From the NCBI GenBank assembly GCA_963663805.2, contig CAXXMR010000012.1, positions 160,001 to 224,000 on the forward strand: a stretch of 64,000 nt of DNA, written 5' to 3'. The notes under the pieces are model-generated. The model saw only the letters and a list, made by a program, of their open reading frames with translations, did not search any database and had not been told where the DNA came from. The position numbers and the translations under genes are program-made. Positions 52,467-62,834 of this stretch are shown here, piece after piece (the stretch's first letter is position 1; each line of letters begins with the position of its first letter). The DNA comes from Sedimentisphaerales bacterium. GTDB lineage: Bacteria > Planctomycetota > Phycisphaerae > Sedimentisphaerales > SM23-30.

Positions 52467-53516
52467 ATGGACGCTGTAGAAACCTTTTTCGATAATATCT
52501 GGCAGGTTTTAAGGGAGCTTTCACCCTGGCTGCTGCTGGGCCTGACCATTGCCGGCGTACTCCACGTCATTTTGCCCCCGGATTTCATCCGCCGTCACCT
52601 GGGTGGACGAGGTTTCATAAATGTCTTCAAGGCTGTTTCGGTGGGCATACCAATGCCGCTCTGCTCCTGCGGCGTAATACCAGCCGCTTTGGGGCTCAAG
52701 AAAGACGGGGCATCCAACGGGGCCGCCCTGGGCTTTCTTATCAGCACTCCCCAGACCGGTGTAGATTCCATTCTCGTTAGTGCCGGGTTCCTCGGTTGGC
52801 CCTTTGCCCTCTTCAAAGTCATCGCCGCCTTGGTCAGCGGAATGGTAGGCGGGCTGCTCGTCAACGCTTCAGAATCCCAAACCGCCGACCATCAGCCGGC
52901 AAACCCCACATGTCCCCATTGCCAAAAAAGTCAGCCTCAAAATGCAACTCAACCCCAAAGAAAATGGTCCGAAATATGGTCTTTCAGTTTCGGTATGTTG
53001 TTCCGTGACATTTACGCCTGGTTGACCATAGGCGTTTTACTAGCCGCCGCCATCAAAACTTTCATACCCGAAGGCTATCTCGCTCAGATTACCTGGATAC
53101 AAGGTTTCATCGGAATGCTTCTAATGCTGGCCCTGGCCCTGCCCATGTATATCTGCTCAACTTCGTCTGTCCCTCTGGCCGCCGCTCTGGTCAGCGCCGG
53201 TTTTTCACCCGGAGCTGCCCTGGTACTCCTGATGGCAGGCCCCACCACCAACGCCGCCACCGTCGGCATGGTCCACCGAACTTTCGGCCTGAAAACCACC
53301 GCGATTTATCTAACCACCGTCGCCGCGATGAGCATTGTCGCCGGAACTCTTTTTGACAGCATCATCAACGCGACCCCAATGGCACATACAAAAATGATGC
53401 ACCTGCCCAACTCCCTCCAAACCGCCGCCGCCGCGATCGTAACCGCCCTAACCCTTTTCTACGCCGCAAAAAACTTGGCCCTCAAAAAAACATATCAGAG
53501 CCGCGCACGTAAGTAA
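52467..53516 (+). CDS. DUF318/ArsP-like permease (SO_0444-type putative metal efflux)
   Basis: PLCSCGVIP, FLISTPQTGVDS, PMYICSTSSVP, LMAGPTTN, central CxxC loop. Confidence 0.85.
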   Translation: MDAVETFFDNIWQVLRELSPWLLLGLTIAGVLHVILPPDFIRRHLGGRGFINVFKAVSVGIPMPLCSCGVIPAALGLKKDGASNGAALGFLISTPQTGVDSILVSAGFLGWPFALFKVIAALVSGMVGGLLVNASESQTADHQPANPTCPHCQKSQPQNATQPQRKWSEIWSFSFGMLFRDIYAWLTIGVLLAAAIKTFIPEGYLAQITWIQGFIGMLLMLALALPMYICSTSSVPLAAALVSAGFSPGAALVLLMAGPTTNAATVGMVHRTFGLKTTAIYLTTVAAMSIVAGTLFDSIINATPMAHTKMMHLPNSLQTAAAAIVTALTLFYAAKNLALKKTYQSRARK

Positions 53517-53660
53517 GCGGGGCCGTTGAATAAAACCCTCGACCAAAGGCCGAATCAAGCTAAAAAAACACTCTCACGTTCAAATATTCAAGGAGCCACA
53601 AACTTTTGACGCTGGCGTCTTTCTTATGTCTTAATAAAAAAATCGGGTAATCCGCGGCTA
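53496..53660 (+). repeat. REP-like composite repeat including the 80-bp module (53543-53622)
   Basis: CAGAGCCGCGCACGTAAGTAAGCGG, CTCGACCAAAGGCCGA, 80-bp module, AATCCGCGGCTAAA. Confidence 0.85.
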
Positions 53661-53676
53661 AAAATATTTTTCCGTT

Positions 53677-56487
53677 TTACAATCCCAGTTTAGACCGCAA
53701 AAACTGACCCGTATAACTCTCCGGAATTTCTGCGATTTCCTCCGGCGAACCCGACGCTACAATCGTCCCGCCCCCCTGGCCGCCTTCGGGGCCCAGGTCG
53801 ATGATATAATCCGCCATCTTGATAACATCCAGATTATGCTCAATAACCACCACCGTATTACCCATATCTGCCAGACGGTCCAGAACCCCCAGCAGATTAT
53901 GAATATCCGCGAAATGCAAACCCGTGGTCGGCTCATCCAGAATATAAAATGTCTGACCCGTAGTATTCTTGCCCAGTTCGCTCGCCAGCTTCACCCGCTG
54001 GGCTTCACCACCCGAAAGCGTCGTCGATGCCTGACCCAGCGTCATATACCCTAAGCCGACATCATACAGTGTTTGCAGCAGTTGCTTGATTTTCGGAAAG
54101 TTCTCAAAAAACGTCAACGCTTCCTCAACCGGCAAATCCAACACGTTCGCGATATTCAGCCCCCGATATTTAATCTCCAGAGTCTCCCGATTATACCGGG
54201 ACCCTTTGCACTGCTCGCACACCACATAAACATCCGGCAGAAAATGCATCTCAATCTTTTTCGTACCCTGTCCCTGGCAATGTTCGCACCTGCCCCCCTT
54301 GACATTAAAACTGAACCGACCCGGCGAATACCCCCGAATCTTAGCCTCACGAGTCTTACTGAAAAGCTGACGTATCAAATCAAAAACGCCCGTATAGGTC
54401 GCCGGATTACTACGCGGCGTCCGACCGATAGGGCTCTGGTCAATCTGAATAACCTTGTCTATTCTAGTCGTACCCAATAGCTTGCTGTGTTTGCCCGGTT
54501 TCTCCCGCGAGTTATAAAGCTTTCGTCGTAACGCCGGCAGCAGAACCTGCCGCACCAGCGAACTCTTGCCCGACCCGCTCACCCCCGTCACACAGGTAAA
54601 AGTCCCCAACGGAAAAGCTACATCGATATCCTTGAGATTATTCTGAACCGCCCCGCGTATCTCCACACAGTATTTCAGATTGACCTTCCGACGCTTCTCC
54701 GGCAGTTTTATCTGTCGTTCCCCCGAAAGATATTTGCCCGTCAGCGACTTCTCCGCCGCCATAATATCCTTAACTGTCCCCTGAGCGATAATCTGTCCCC
54801 CATTTTTACCCGCCGCCGGACCTACATCGATAATATGGTCCGCCGCAAACATCGTATCTTCGTCATGCTCCACCACAATAACCGTATTGCCCAAATCCGT
54901 TAGTCGCCGAAGCGTCGTAATCAGCTTCTGATTGTCCCGATGATGCAGCCCAATAGATGGCTCATCCAAAACATAACCAACCCCCACCAACGCCGAACCC
55001 ACCTGAGTCGCCAGCCGAATCCGCTGAGCTTCACCGCCCGAAAGCGTCGCGCTCATCCGGTCCAGCGTAAGGTAATCCAAACCGACATTCGACATGAATT
55101 CCAAACGATGCCGCAGCTCCTTCAAAATCAACCGGGCAATCTGCTTGTCTTCCTCTGACAGCTCCAGCCCCTCAAAAAACTGACGAGCCTGAGCGATACT
55201 CATCTGCGTGACCTGGCTGATATTCTGCCCGTTGATATAAACCGCCAGCGACTCTTCCCGCAAACGCAAACCGCCGCACTGCCGACACGATTGCTCCGAC
55301 ATATAACTGTGCAGCCGCTGCTTTACAAAATCACTGTCGGTACTCTTGAACCTGCGAATCAGATTATTCAGCACCCCTTCAAATGCCGGCCCGTCCCCGT
55401 AATCGTCGTTCGTCCCGTACATCAATATTTTCTGCACGCTTTTCGGAATATTCTTATAGGGCGTATCAGGGCTGATGTCATAATTCCGACAAAACTGGCG
55501 AATCAGCCGGTTATAAAAAATATTCATCCGCTTGCCCCCCCGCCGCCACGCGTCAATTGCTCCTTCGCTCAGAGATACCGAGGTGTCCGGCACTATCAGT
55601 TCCGCGTCAAACTCCAGAATCGTGCCCAGCCCGTCACAGCTCCGACAAGCCCCATAAGGACTGTTAAAACTAAAGCAACGCGGCGATAATTCCGGCATCG
55701 AAACTTCCGGATGATCCAGGCAAGCGTAATTCTCACTAAAGAAATGTTCCTGCCATTTCCCTGCCTCGTCTTCACGCAAAATCATCACCAGCCCCTGCCC
55801 CAGCTTCAGAGCAATCTCAATCGAATCCGCCAGCCGACTCCGAATCGCCGGCTTGGTCACCAGCCGGTCAATCACCGCTTCGATACTGTGCAGCTTCCGC
55901 CGGTCCAGCTCCGGGGCATCCTTGATTTCGTACATCTTGCCGTCAACCCGCACCCGCACGAAACCCTCCCGCTGAATCATCCGTAAAACTTCCGAATGTT
56001 CACCTTTTTGGCCGCGTATCACCGGCGCACAAACCTGTACCCGCGTGCCTTCACCATATCCCAGCAAAGCATCCACAATCTGCTCCGAATGTTGCGTTAC
56101 AATCGGTTTATTGCATATATAACAATGAGGCTTGCCCACCCGCGCAAACAAAAGACGCAAATAATCATATATCTCTGTGGTAGTCGCCACCGTCGAACGC
56201 GGATTATGACCGCCGCTCCGCTGCTCAATCGCGATGGTAGGCGGCAGCCCTTCGATGCTGTCCACGTCCGGCTTCTGCATCTGCTCCAGAAACTGCCGAG
56301 CATAAGCCGACAGCGACTCCACATATTTCCGCTGACCTTCGGCATAGACCGTATCGAAGGCCAGCGAACTCTTGCCCGACCCGCTCAGCCCCGTAATAAC
56401 CACCAGTTCATCACGAGGAATCTCTAAGTCGATGCCTTTGAGGTTATGTTCCCGCGCCCCGCGTATCGTTATGTACTTCTGAGTCAT
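53677..56487 (-). CDS. uvrA: Excinuclease ABC subunit A
   Basis: [22 protein letters not shown], two [17 protein letters not shown], zinc fingers. Start re-called at 56487. Confidence 0.98.
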   Translation of the reverse strand: MTQKYITIRGAREHNLKGIDLEIPRDELVVITGLSGSGKSSLAFDTVYAEGQRKYVESLSAYARQFLEQMQKPDVDSIEGLPPTIAIEQRSGGHNPRSTVATTTEIYDYLRLLFARVGKPHCYICNKPIVTQHSEQIVDALLGYGEGTRVQVCAPVIRGQKGEHSEVLRMIQREGFVRVRVDGKMYEIKDAPELDRRKLHSIEAVIDRLVTKPAIRSRLADSIEIALKLGQGLVMILREDEAGKWQEHFFSENYACLDHPEVSMPELSPRCFSFNSPYGACRSCDGLGTILEFDAELIVPDTSVSLSEGAIDAWRRGGKRMNIFYNRLIRQFCRNYDISPDTPYKNIPKSVQKILMYGTNDDYGDGPAFEGVLNNLIRRFKSTDSDFVKQRLHSYMSEQSCRQCGGLRLREESLAVYINGQNISQVTQMSIAQARQFFEGLELSEEDKQIARLILKELRHRLEFMSNVGLDYLTLDRMSATLSGGEAQRIRLATQVGSALVGVGYVLDEPSIGLHHRDNQKLITTLRRLTDLGNTVIVVEHDEDTMFAADHIIDVGPAAGKNGGQIIAQGTVKDIMAAEKSLTGKYLSGERQIKLPEKRRKVNLKYCVEIRGAVQNNLKDIDVAFPLGTFTCVTGVSGSGKSSLVRQVLLPALRRKLYNSREKPGKHSKLLGTTRIDKVIQIDQSPIGRTPRSNPATYTGVFDLIRQLFSKTREAKIRGYSPGRFSFNVKGGRCEHCQGQGTKKIEMHFLPDVYVVCEQCKGSRYNRETLEIKYRGLNIANVLDLPVEEALTFFENFPKIKQLLQTLYDVGLGYMTLGQASTTLSGGEAQRVKLASELGKNTTGQTFYILDEPTTGLHFADIHNLLGVLDRLADMGNTVVVIEHNLDVIKMADYIIDLGPEGGQGGGTIVASGSPEEIAEIPESYTGQFLRSKLGL

Positions 56488-56666
56488 AAATCCACTCATA
56501 AATCCAGTACTGCCTGCCAGAGTGAGTTCCCCATACCCACTATACTTCCCGCTGCCGCCGAAAGATTCGGTCCATTCTAACACAAGCCCCGCGCAGGAAG
56601 CAACCCAAAGATTTTACCCACCCCTCAAAACATAAAGGGGGCAAACCTCTTTTTTGATGGAACCGC

Positions 56667-56747
56667 CCAAAGCCCAAATCAAGCTAAAAAAAACACTCGC
56701 ACGCTCAAATATTCAAGGAGCGACAAACTTTTGACGCTGGCGTCTTT
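56667..56747 (+). repeat. Direct repeat of 53543-53622
   Basis: 81 vs 80 nt, with 5 substitutions and 1 indel by manual alignment. Confidence 0.92.
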
Positions 56748-56783
56748 TTTGACATAAACCCCCTTCAGCCCCCAAAAAAGCGC

Positions 56784-56828
56784 AAAAAAAATGGCGAAGC
56801 AGAACGGGAGGGGTCGCCCTGCTTCACC
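56784..56828 (-). terminator. Rho-independent terminator
   Basis: 14-bp stem GGTGAAGCAGGGCG/CGTTCTGCTTCGCC with loop ACCCCTCC, followed by A and T8 on the minus strand. Confidence 0.75.
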
Positions 56829-56886
56829 TACAAAGGAGGAGAAAAGAGAATATCGTTAAGTCCTCCAAATCATTTATTCATATCTG
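56784..56886 (-). ncRNA. Candidate ~100-nt small RNA
   Basis: Promoter TTGGCC-N17-TATTAT (56920-56892, extended TG), no ORF of note, own terminator, CU-rich motifs. Confidence 0.45.
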
Positions 56887-57091
56887 CCAATATAATAGCA
56901 TATCAAATACAGTCGGCCAAGTGAAAAAATTAAATATTGATAGAAAAAGTTGAATATTTCCGCAATACACTCTTGCAACCTAACCCGAAAAAACTCACAA
57001 ACAGCTCAAATTAAAGACTTTACAATTTTAACTCGTGTTATCGGAACAAGTGACGTTATTTCTTTCACACCGTCTTTCACTGCACAAACAT

Positions 57092-58504
57092 TTATTTCTT
57101 GCCAATGAAATTAAGAAATCTGTCCAGATTAAACGTCGGTACGCCCAACGCCGCGCCCTCCGCACGGGCCGCCTGATACTTCCCCAAGGTGTCCTGCTGC
57201 TGATTACCCGCCTGGTTGTTAGCCACTCCATAGTCATCAGCCACCTGCTGGACCGCCGCCGGAGCTTCACCAACCACAAAGAAATCGGTATCTACCGAAA
57301 CGCTGTCCGTTACTACACCGCCCCATTCTTCAATCATCTTGGCAATTTTTTCTCTGCCCTGAGCATCGGGTGTGCCATTGCCGTCCAGGTCAAACTCGCC
57401 CACAACGCAGAAATGATATTTCTTGTCTGCCGCCCAGACCAGGCTCGCAATCAAATCCTGTTCCATAATCGGGTCAGTTTCATCAAAACGAGTTATCCGA
57501 CATTTGCTGATGGTATCCAAAATCTCAATAACTTCCAGCGTCGCTTTGCCAAAACCACCCTTGGGCATTGGGTCATAACGGTCATAAACCGAGAATGTCA
57601 AACCACGATAAATATGGTCCGCCTTACCCAGATTGATATACGCCAGCTTGTCACGAGGAACAACCTGAACCACATAACCATCCGGCTTCAGGGCCTCAAT
57701 CTCCATCTCCGGGCTGGGCCGATACTGCTGAAGCTCTTTCTCATAAATGTCTTTCTGCTCTTTTAGCGTCGCACAATCTTTACGCATCGCTTCAAGGGCG
57801 TCCGCAAAATCACGAGATTCCCGCTGAGATTGAGTAATCTGCTTTTCCAGCTCATCAATCGTGTTTTCATAACGCTGAGACTGGTCCTGAGCCAAACCTT
57901 TATAGCCCTTTTCGGAGGTCTGGGCAGCCTGGGCAGCCTTGCTCAGGGCATCATCCTTCTCCGAAAGCTGCTTGTTCAGAGTATCAAGCTGTTCCTGATG
58001 CTCTATATTCTGCTGAGAAAGCGTCATTTCCGCTTCAATAAAACGGTTCGCCCACAATTCACGCTCAGTAATAAGGGATTCCATGATGGCCGCCAGACCT
58101 CTGCCCGCCTCAGCCTCATCGACATTGGTCAGTACATTCGGAAGCTGCTCATAAACATCTGCCAAACGCTTTTCAGCCGTCAGACGAATCCCCGCCAGCG
58201 GCGTACTTTTGATATCCTCGCCAGCCACTGCCACACCCAAAGCACGCATATCGTCCGTAATCCGTTTAATCGCGGTTACTTGAACAGAAGAACCAGATTT
58301 CTTCACCAGCGGCTTGAGCTGATTAACTTCCATAGAGCTGGCAATCTGGGCCAAATTATCTTGGGCGTCATCTGCCTGCTTCTTATATTCCTCATTTTTC
58401 ATAAAGAACATAACCGCGAACACCGCCGCAGCCACGAAAAGAACTACAAAAATTATCATGGCTATTACAGCGGAGCGTTTGTCGTCGGAACTGGCTCTTG
58501 GCAT
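57092..58504 (-). CDS. Membrane-anchored coiled-coil protein with BRCT-like C-terminus
   Basis: N-terminal TM, long heptad region, IEEWGGVV...TDFFVVG; AGGAG RBS. Confidence 0.7.
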   Translation of the reverse strand: MPRASSDDKRSAVIAMIIFVVLFVAAAVFAVMFFMKNEEYKKQADDAQDNLAQIASSMEVNQLKPLVKKSGSSVQVTAIKRITDDMRALGVAVAGEDIKSTPLAGIRLTAEKRLADVYEQLPNVLTNVDEAEAGRGLAAIMESLITERELWANRFIEAEMTLSQQNIEHQEQLDTLNKQLSEKDDALSKAAQAAQTSEKGYKGLAQDQSQRYENTIDELEKQITQSQRESRDFADALEAMRKDCATLKEQKDIYEKELQQYRPSPEMEIEALKPDGYVVQVVPRDKLAYINLGKADHIYRGLTFSVYDRYDPMPKGGFGKATLEVIEILDTISKCRITRFDETDPIMEQDLIASLVWAADKKYHFCVVGEFDLDGNGTPDAQGREKIAKMIEEWGGVVTDSVSVDTDFFVVGEAPAAVQQVADDYGVANNQAGNQQQDTLGKYQAARAEGAALGVPTFNLDRFLNFIGKK

Positions 58505-58674
58505 CGTAAACTCCTAAGAGAACATAAGTTATAACTAATTCGGCCCCAACCGTTCACGCCGCGGACATATAATACTTCGGTGGGCTTCCACAGGCCCAAT
58601 AATATCACCGCAAAGACCCACAAGGTCAATAAAAAAAGCCGCCCCCCAGCTTAATCTCCACCCCAACCCCAACA

Positions 58675-58698
58675 GAAGCCGAGCCGCGTGAGCGGCCG
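58675..58698 (+). repeat. REP-like short hairpin copy
   Basis: GAAGCCGA-GCCGC-GTGA-GCGGC-CG. Confidence 0.8.
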
Positions 58699-58746
58699 AA
58701 TGAGACCACGCTCACCCTACCTTTACCCCCCAAACGCTCGCGGCGA

Positions 58747-59673
58747 TCAATCAGTGCGATACGCACCCTTAAAAAACTCAATCGTATCAGCCAGTCCCCC
58801 ATCAAAATCACCGCTAGGCCGAAAACCCGTTCCCCGCAGCTTATCCACATTCGCCAGCGAGTGTTTCACATCGCCTGCCCGCACCGGCCCATGCTCGACC
58901 TGCGATTTCGAACCCGTCAAAGCGATAATCTTCCTCGCCAGCCCCTCAACCGTCAGTGATTGACCATAAGCCACATTAAACACCCCGCACTCAGACGATT
59001 CCGTCGCCATATAAGCGTTCGCCGCCACAATATCCTTTACATAGATAAAGTCGCGCGTCTGCTGCCCATCACCAAAAATCGTAATCGTCTCATCCCGCAA
59101 CGCTTTATGAATAAAAATCGGCACCGCCGCCGCGTATTGACTGCCCGGATCCTGACGCGGCCCAAAAACATTGAAATATCTCAGACACGCCGTCGCCAGC
59201 CAGCCTTCAGAGGCGAACATCCCGCAATAATATTCCCCATCCAGCTTTGTCACCGCGTACGGGCTTTTCGGTTCCGGAAACATACTCTCCAGCTTCGGCA
59301 CCGTCGGATTATCACCATAGATCGCCGCCGACGTACTGAAGCATAATTTCTTCACTCCCGCGTCCGCCGCCGCCCGCAGCACATTAAGTGTCCCGCTCGC
59401 GTTAATATCAACACACTCGACCGGCTTTTCCATCGACTCCGGCACACTTATCATCGCCGCCAGATGAAATACATAATCTATCCCCTTCATCGCCTTCGCT
59501 AACGCCTCCGTATCGGTAATCGACCCTTCGATAAACTCCACATCAAAAGGCGACAGATTCTCCCGAAACCCCGACCGCAGATTATCCAGCACCCGCACAT
59601 TACCCTTTGCTACGAAATGCTCAACGATATGACTGCCAATAAAACCCGCCCCGCCGGTCACCAAAATATTCAT
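58747..59673 (-). CDS. NAD-dependent nucleotide-sugar epimerase/dehydratase
   Basis: TGGAGFIGSH, SPYAVTK, LRYFNVFGPRQDP, GDGQQTRDF. Confidence 0.93.
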   Translation of the reverse strand: MNILVTGGAGFIGSHIVEHFVAKGNVRVLDNLRSGFRENLSPFDVEFIEGSITDTEALAKAMKGIDYVFHLAAMISVPESMEKPVECVDINASGTLNVLRAAADAGVKKLCFSTSAAIYGDNPTVPKLESMFPEPKSPYAVTKLDGEYYCGMFASEGWLATACLRYFNVFGPRQDPGSQYAAAVPIFIHKALRDETITIFGDGQQTRDFIYVKDIVAANAYMATESSECGVFNVAYGQSLTVEGLARKIIALTGSKSQVEHGPVRAGDVKHSLANVDKLRGTGFRPSGDFDGGLADTIEFFKGAYRTD

Positions 59674-59703
59674 CTAAATAATTCCTTATCACTTTTGCCT
59701 TGT

Positions 59704-59818
59704 CAGAGCCGCGCACGTCAGTAAGCGGTCGCCGTTGCCGTTAAATAAAAACCTCGACCAAAGGTCGAAACCATGCCGTTCACTCTTGCCTCATCCCTAA
59801 TGCCTCATGCCTTCTTCC
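59704..59818 (+). repeat. REP-like composite repeat (long hairpin, second hairpin and heptamer tail)
   Basis: CAGAGCCGCGCACGTCAGTAAGCGG, CTCGACC-AAA-GGTCGA, CTTGCCT CATCCCT AATGCCT CATGCCT. Confidence 0.87.
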
Positions 59819-62184
59819 TAACTATTCTCCACACTCCGCCGCAGCTCCCGACAGCATTCATAGAACCGCTGCGTATCCATCCGTTTCAAAAACACCAGCC
59901 CCCGCGTCGCCCGAATCAGCGGACTGTTATGGTCATTAAACCATTCCCGGCCCAGACAGGTCTTGATCTTCTGATATTGACCAACCTGAATCTGCTGAGC
60001 CAGTTGCGAGAAAGGCCCGTCATACTCATAGCTCGGAAAAGACGCATTACGCTGCGACATAAAAGCGTTCATAAACGCCTCGTGCATCGTCGAGAACATG
60101 CACAAACTCACCGGAACATAAACATCCGCGTCCGCCGGATTAAACCGATACCATACATTCCGATACCCCCATATCTCCAAGTCACTCCGACCGCCCTGCT
60201 CCTCATGAACCCGCAACGCCGCCGCCAATGCCTGCAATACCTTATAATGCGTGTCGGGCCCCGAAGCTTCCGGGTCCAAAGCGACCGTCAGAACATCAGG
60301 CCGAACACGGTTCATCGCACTAACGATCGGCGGCACATCCTGTTCCATCGTCGGGTCTTTCGTGAATATATCACCCGTATAGAACCCCAGCCGCAAATGC
60401 ATCACATTATCGCACTTCCACCCATAATAACCCCACAGACATTCCGCTTCCCATTCCCGGCACATACCCTTGAGCTGCTGAATATAATGAGGGTCATGCT
60501 TACCCGGATACTGGCTCTCAAAATAATTTTCCAGTTCCGCGATTCGCTCTTCCAGATTCTCCAGCCACGTATCCTCAAACGTCTCTATCAGATTCCGCAA
60601 CAAACGACGCGCACAGCCCTCAGCCTTGACCTTCTCGTCCTGACCAGCCACCCCGTCCAGATACTGCCAGATGTCACGATTACGCGTCATCGAGTCGCCC
60701 GGCGAAAAATAGCCTTCTTCAAAAAGACTGCGAAAATCAGGCTCCTTCAAAAACCCTCGCAGGCTCGACAACTGCTCCTTCATGAAATCATTCGTCACCG
60801 AAGTAAAACCGCTCGTCAGAGTCATAAAATGATGACTGTTGCTCGACTGACGAAAACTCCGCACCACCTGCGCAAAATAGCCCAGCATAACATCATCATG
60901 ATGAGGCTCCGTATGCAGAAACGTCTTGTTTTCCAACCGCTCCATGCCCCGCGCGATTTTCCTGACGATACTGTCTCTCGTCATGCCCGCCAGTTCACCC
61001 AGACTCTCAGCCCGCCGCTTTAACAGCAGCCCTGCTAATTTGTCAGATTGGCAATCCTTCTCACGCAAATCCACCAGACGCTTGCCCGTCGCAGCCGACA
61101 AATCAATCAAAATCCGCTGAGCGTCTTCATCGCTGACGGCCTCTGATGTCTCCAGCACATGCAGCCGACGCCGACCAAGCTGACCCGCCGCCCCACGCGT
61201 GATATAAAACCGAGCGTTGGGAAGCTCCTGCAAAGATGACGCCGGAACCCGAATATTAGAATTACTCTCTATCGCCTTAGCTACCAGTGCCGCCTTGGCT
61301 TCACCTGCCGCGATAACCAAAGCCACACAATCAGGATTACGCGTAATGGTCCGCAGCCCGATGGTAATGGTATGGCACTTCTTCGCGATCTCAATCCCGC
61401 CCAAATCAGTCGCCGCCGCGGCCTGAGTCTCATAGTTAATCGGGCATAACCGCGTCGTCGAATGATGGTCCGAACCATAAATATTAAAACCGATATGTCC
61501 GTCCGGCCCAATCCCGCCCAGAAAGAAACCTATCCCACCTAACTGCTTGATTTGCTCCTCGTAGTTCATGCACCACTGGTCAACGCTTTCCAGAACCGCC
61601 TTCTGACGCTCTTCCTGATGACCACGCGCCTGACGATAACGCAGACTCAGGTCAACATGATTGTCAGGCCAAACCTCGGCTATCTTCTCGCCCGGTTTGA
61701 GACCAATTTGCGCACAGTCAATCAGCAGGGCTTTTTGAGGGTCAAGCCCGAAACCGCCCACATAAAATTTCTGAACATAAAAGTTAAAACTGTTCTGTTG
61801 ATTCGGGCTGATAGGATAAAACTCATCTATCTGCACAAAATACAGACTTTTCATATCCGGTTTAACCGTCGGGTCAATCCCCGCCGCTTCCAGCTCCGCT
61901 TTGACATCAGCCTGTTCCCATCCCCGCACAATTCGCTGTACCCATTTAATAAAATGTTCCGGCGTTTTCCCCGTCGGCAGAGAAATTACCCCGCCCGGAT
62001 TCTGCTGAACCCATTCGATAAAACGCATCGCCGCCAGCTTGCCCAGCTCCGGAAAATGTACCACTACGATAGTAGGTATCTTTTCTTCAGGCCCAAAAAT
62101 CGCCGGAAAGGCCGATTCTTCCAAAGCGCGAGTCTCAACTGCCGAAAGCACCGAAGGTTTTTGACGAATCCTGGGCATCATCAT
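59818..62184 (-). CDS. nagB: Glucosamine-6-phosphate deaminase fused to a PIG-L/LmbE-like domain
   Basis: SLPTGKTP, DEFYP, GGIGPDGHIGFN; second domain EPHHDD, LTSG, GPDTH, WGYRNVW; exact start uncertain. Confidence 0.85.
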   Translation of the reverse strand: MMMPRIRQKPSVLSAVETRALEESAFPAIFGPEEKIPTIVVVHFPELGKLAAMRFIEWVQQNPGGVISLPTGKTPEHFIKWVQRIVRGWEQADVKAELEAAGIDPTVKPDMKSLYFVQIDEFYPISPNQQNSFNFYVQKFYVGGFGLDPQKALLIDCAQIGLKPGEKIAEVWPDNHVDLSLRYRQARGHQEERQKAVLESVDQWCMNYEEQIKQLGGIGFFLGGIGPDGHIGFNIYGSDHHSTTRLCPINYETQAAAATDLGGIEIAKKCHTITIGLRTITRNPDCVALVIAAGEAKAALVAKAIESNSNIRVPASSLQELPNARFYITRGAAGQLGRRRLHVLETSEAVSDEDAQRILIDLSAATGKRLVDLREKDCQSDKLAGLLLKRRAESLGELAGMTRDSIVRKIARGMERLENKTFLHTEPHHDDVMLGYFAQVVRSFRQSSNSHHFMTLTSGFTSVTNDFMKEQLSSLRGFLKEPDFRSLFEEGYFSPGDSMTRNRDIWQYLDGVAGQDEKVKAEGCARRLLRNLIETFEDTWLENLEERIAELENYFESQYPGKHDPHYIQQLKGMCREWEAECLWGYYGWKCDNVMHLRLGFYTGDIFTKDPTMEQDVPPIVSAMNRVRPDVLTVALDPEASGPDTHYKVLQALAAALRVHEEQGGRSDLEIWGYRNVWYRFNPADADVYVPVSLCMFSTMHEAFMNAFMSQRNASFPSYEYDGPFSQLAQQIQVGQYQKIKTCLGREWFNDHNSPLIRATRGLVFLKRMDTQRFYECCRELRRSVENS

Positions 62185-62288
62185 CTCCAAATTGTGTACG
62201 TGACCAAAAAAATCTAAATATCAGTATTACGACCTTTAGAAGTTATCGTTAATAAAAAATCCCCAAATTACCAACTAACACACTGTTT

Positions 62289-62436
62289 CAGAGCCGCGCA
62301 CGTCAGTAAGCGGTATTTGTCGGCCATCAAAATAGGAGGTGTCCGGTATCCCTTCCGTTAAATAAAAAACTCTCGGCCAAAGGCCGAAACCAAGCCGTTA
62401 CCCTCTTGCCTCTTGCCTAATCCCTCATGCCTTCTT
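62289..62436 (+). repeat. REP-like composite repeat
   Basis: Same modules as 59704-59818 with a roughly 30-bp insert; second hairpin CTCGGCC-AAA-GGCCGA. Confidence 0.87.
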
Positions 62437-62517
62437 CACTTTACAAAACTATACTATATCACCTTTTCTTTGCAATTTTTGACGAAAAAGTACTATATAG
62501 TACAGTCCACCTTCACC

Positions 62518-62605
62518 AAAAACGTGAAAAAACGCAAAAAAACGTCCAAAAAAACGTAAAAACTACCCAAAAACCTCAAAAAACCTATCCAAAAACACCC
62601 AAAAA
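62518..62605. other. Phased A-tract array
   Basis: Nine A5-A7 tracts starting at 62518, 62527, 62536, 62548, 62558, 62569, 62578, 62591 and 62601. Confidence 0.7.
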
Positions 62606-62834
62606 CTACATATCCAATCGTTACAATCCCTACAAACTACCTATTTTAACGCAAAACTCGCCGCGTTTTGGTGGCGACCCTTCACCGCAATTCTGACGCA
62701 CATTTGAACCACTTTAGCGGTGTGATAAATTGACTTCCATAGATAAAAGTAATATCTTAATGAAAATAGGTAACTTTTTGTATCCCTGCTAACTTGATAG
62801 CCATTAGTCTCTTACAAATGAAATTTTGCGCAAA

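Noticed and set aside
49625..58849. Single perfect DnaA boxes inside fliD (49625) and the epimerase gene (58841)
   Set aside because: Isolated and within coding sequence, so not annotated as functional sites.
59773..61023. 416-aa plus-strand ORF and other long antisense ORFs (12376-13248, 17128-18069, 38604-39401)
   Set aside because: They lie opposite well-supported genes and have no recognisable motifs; they are shadow ORFs.
62427..62696. Lys-rich 89-aa ORF
   Set aside because: It is a translation of the A-tract array and starts inside a repeat.
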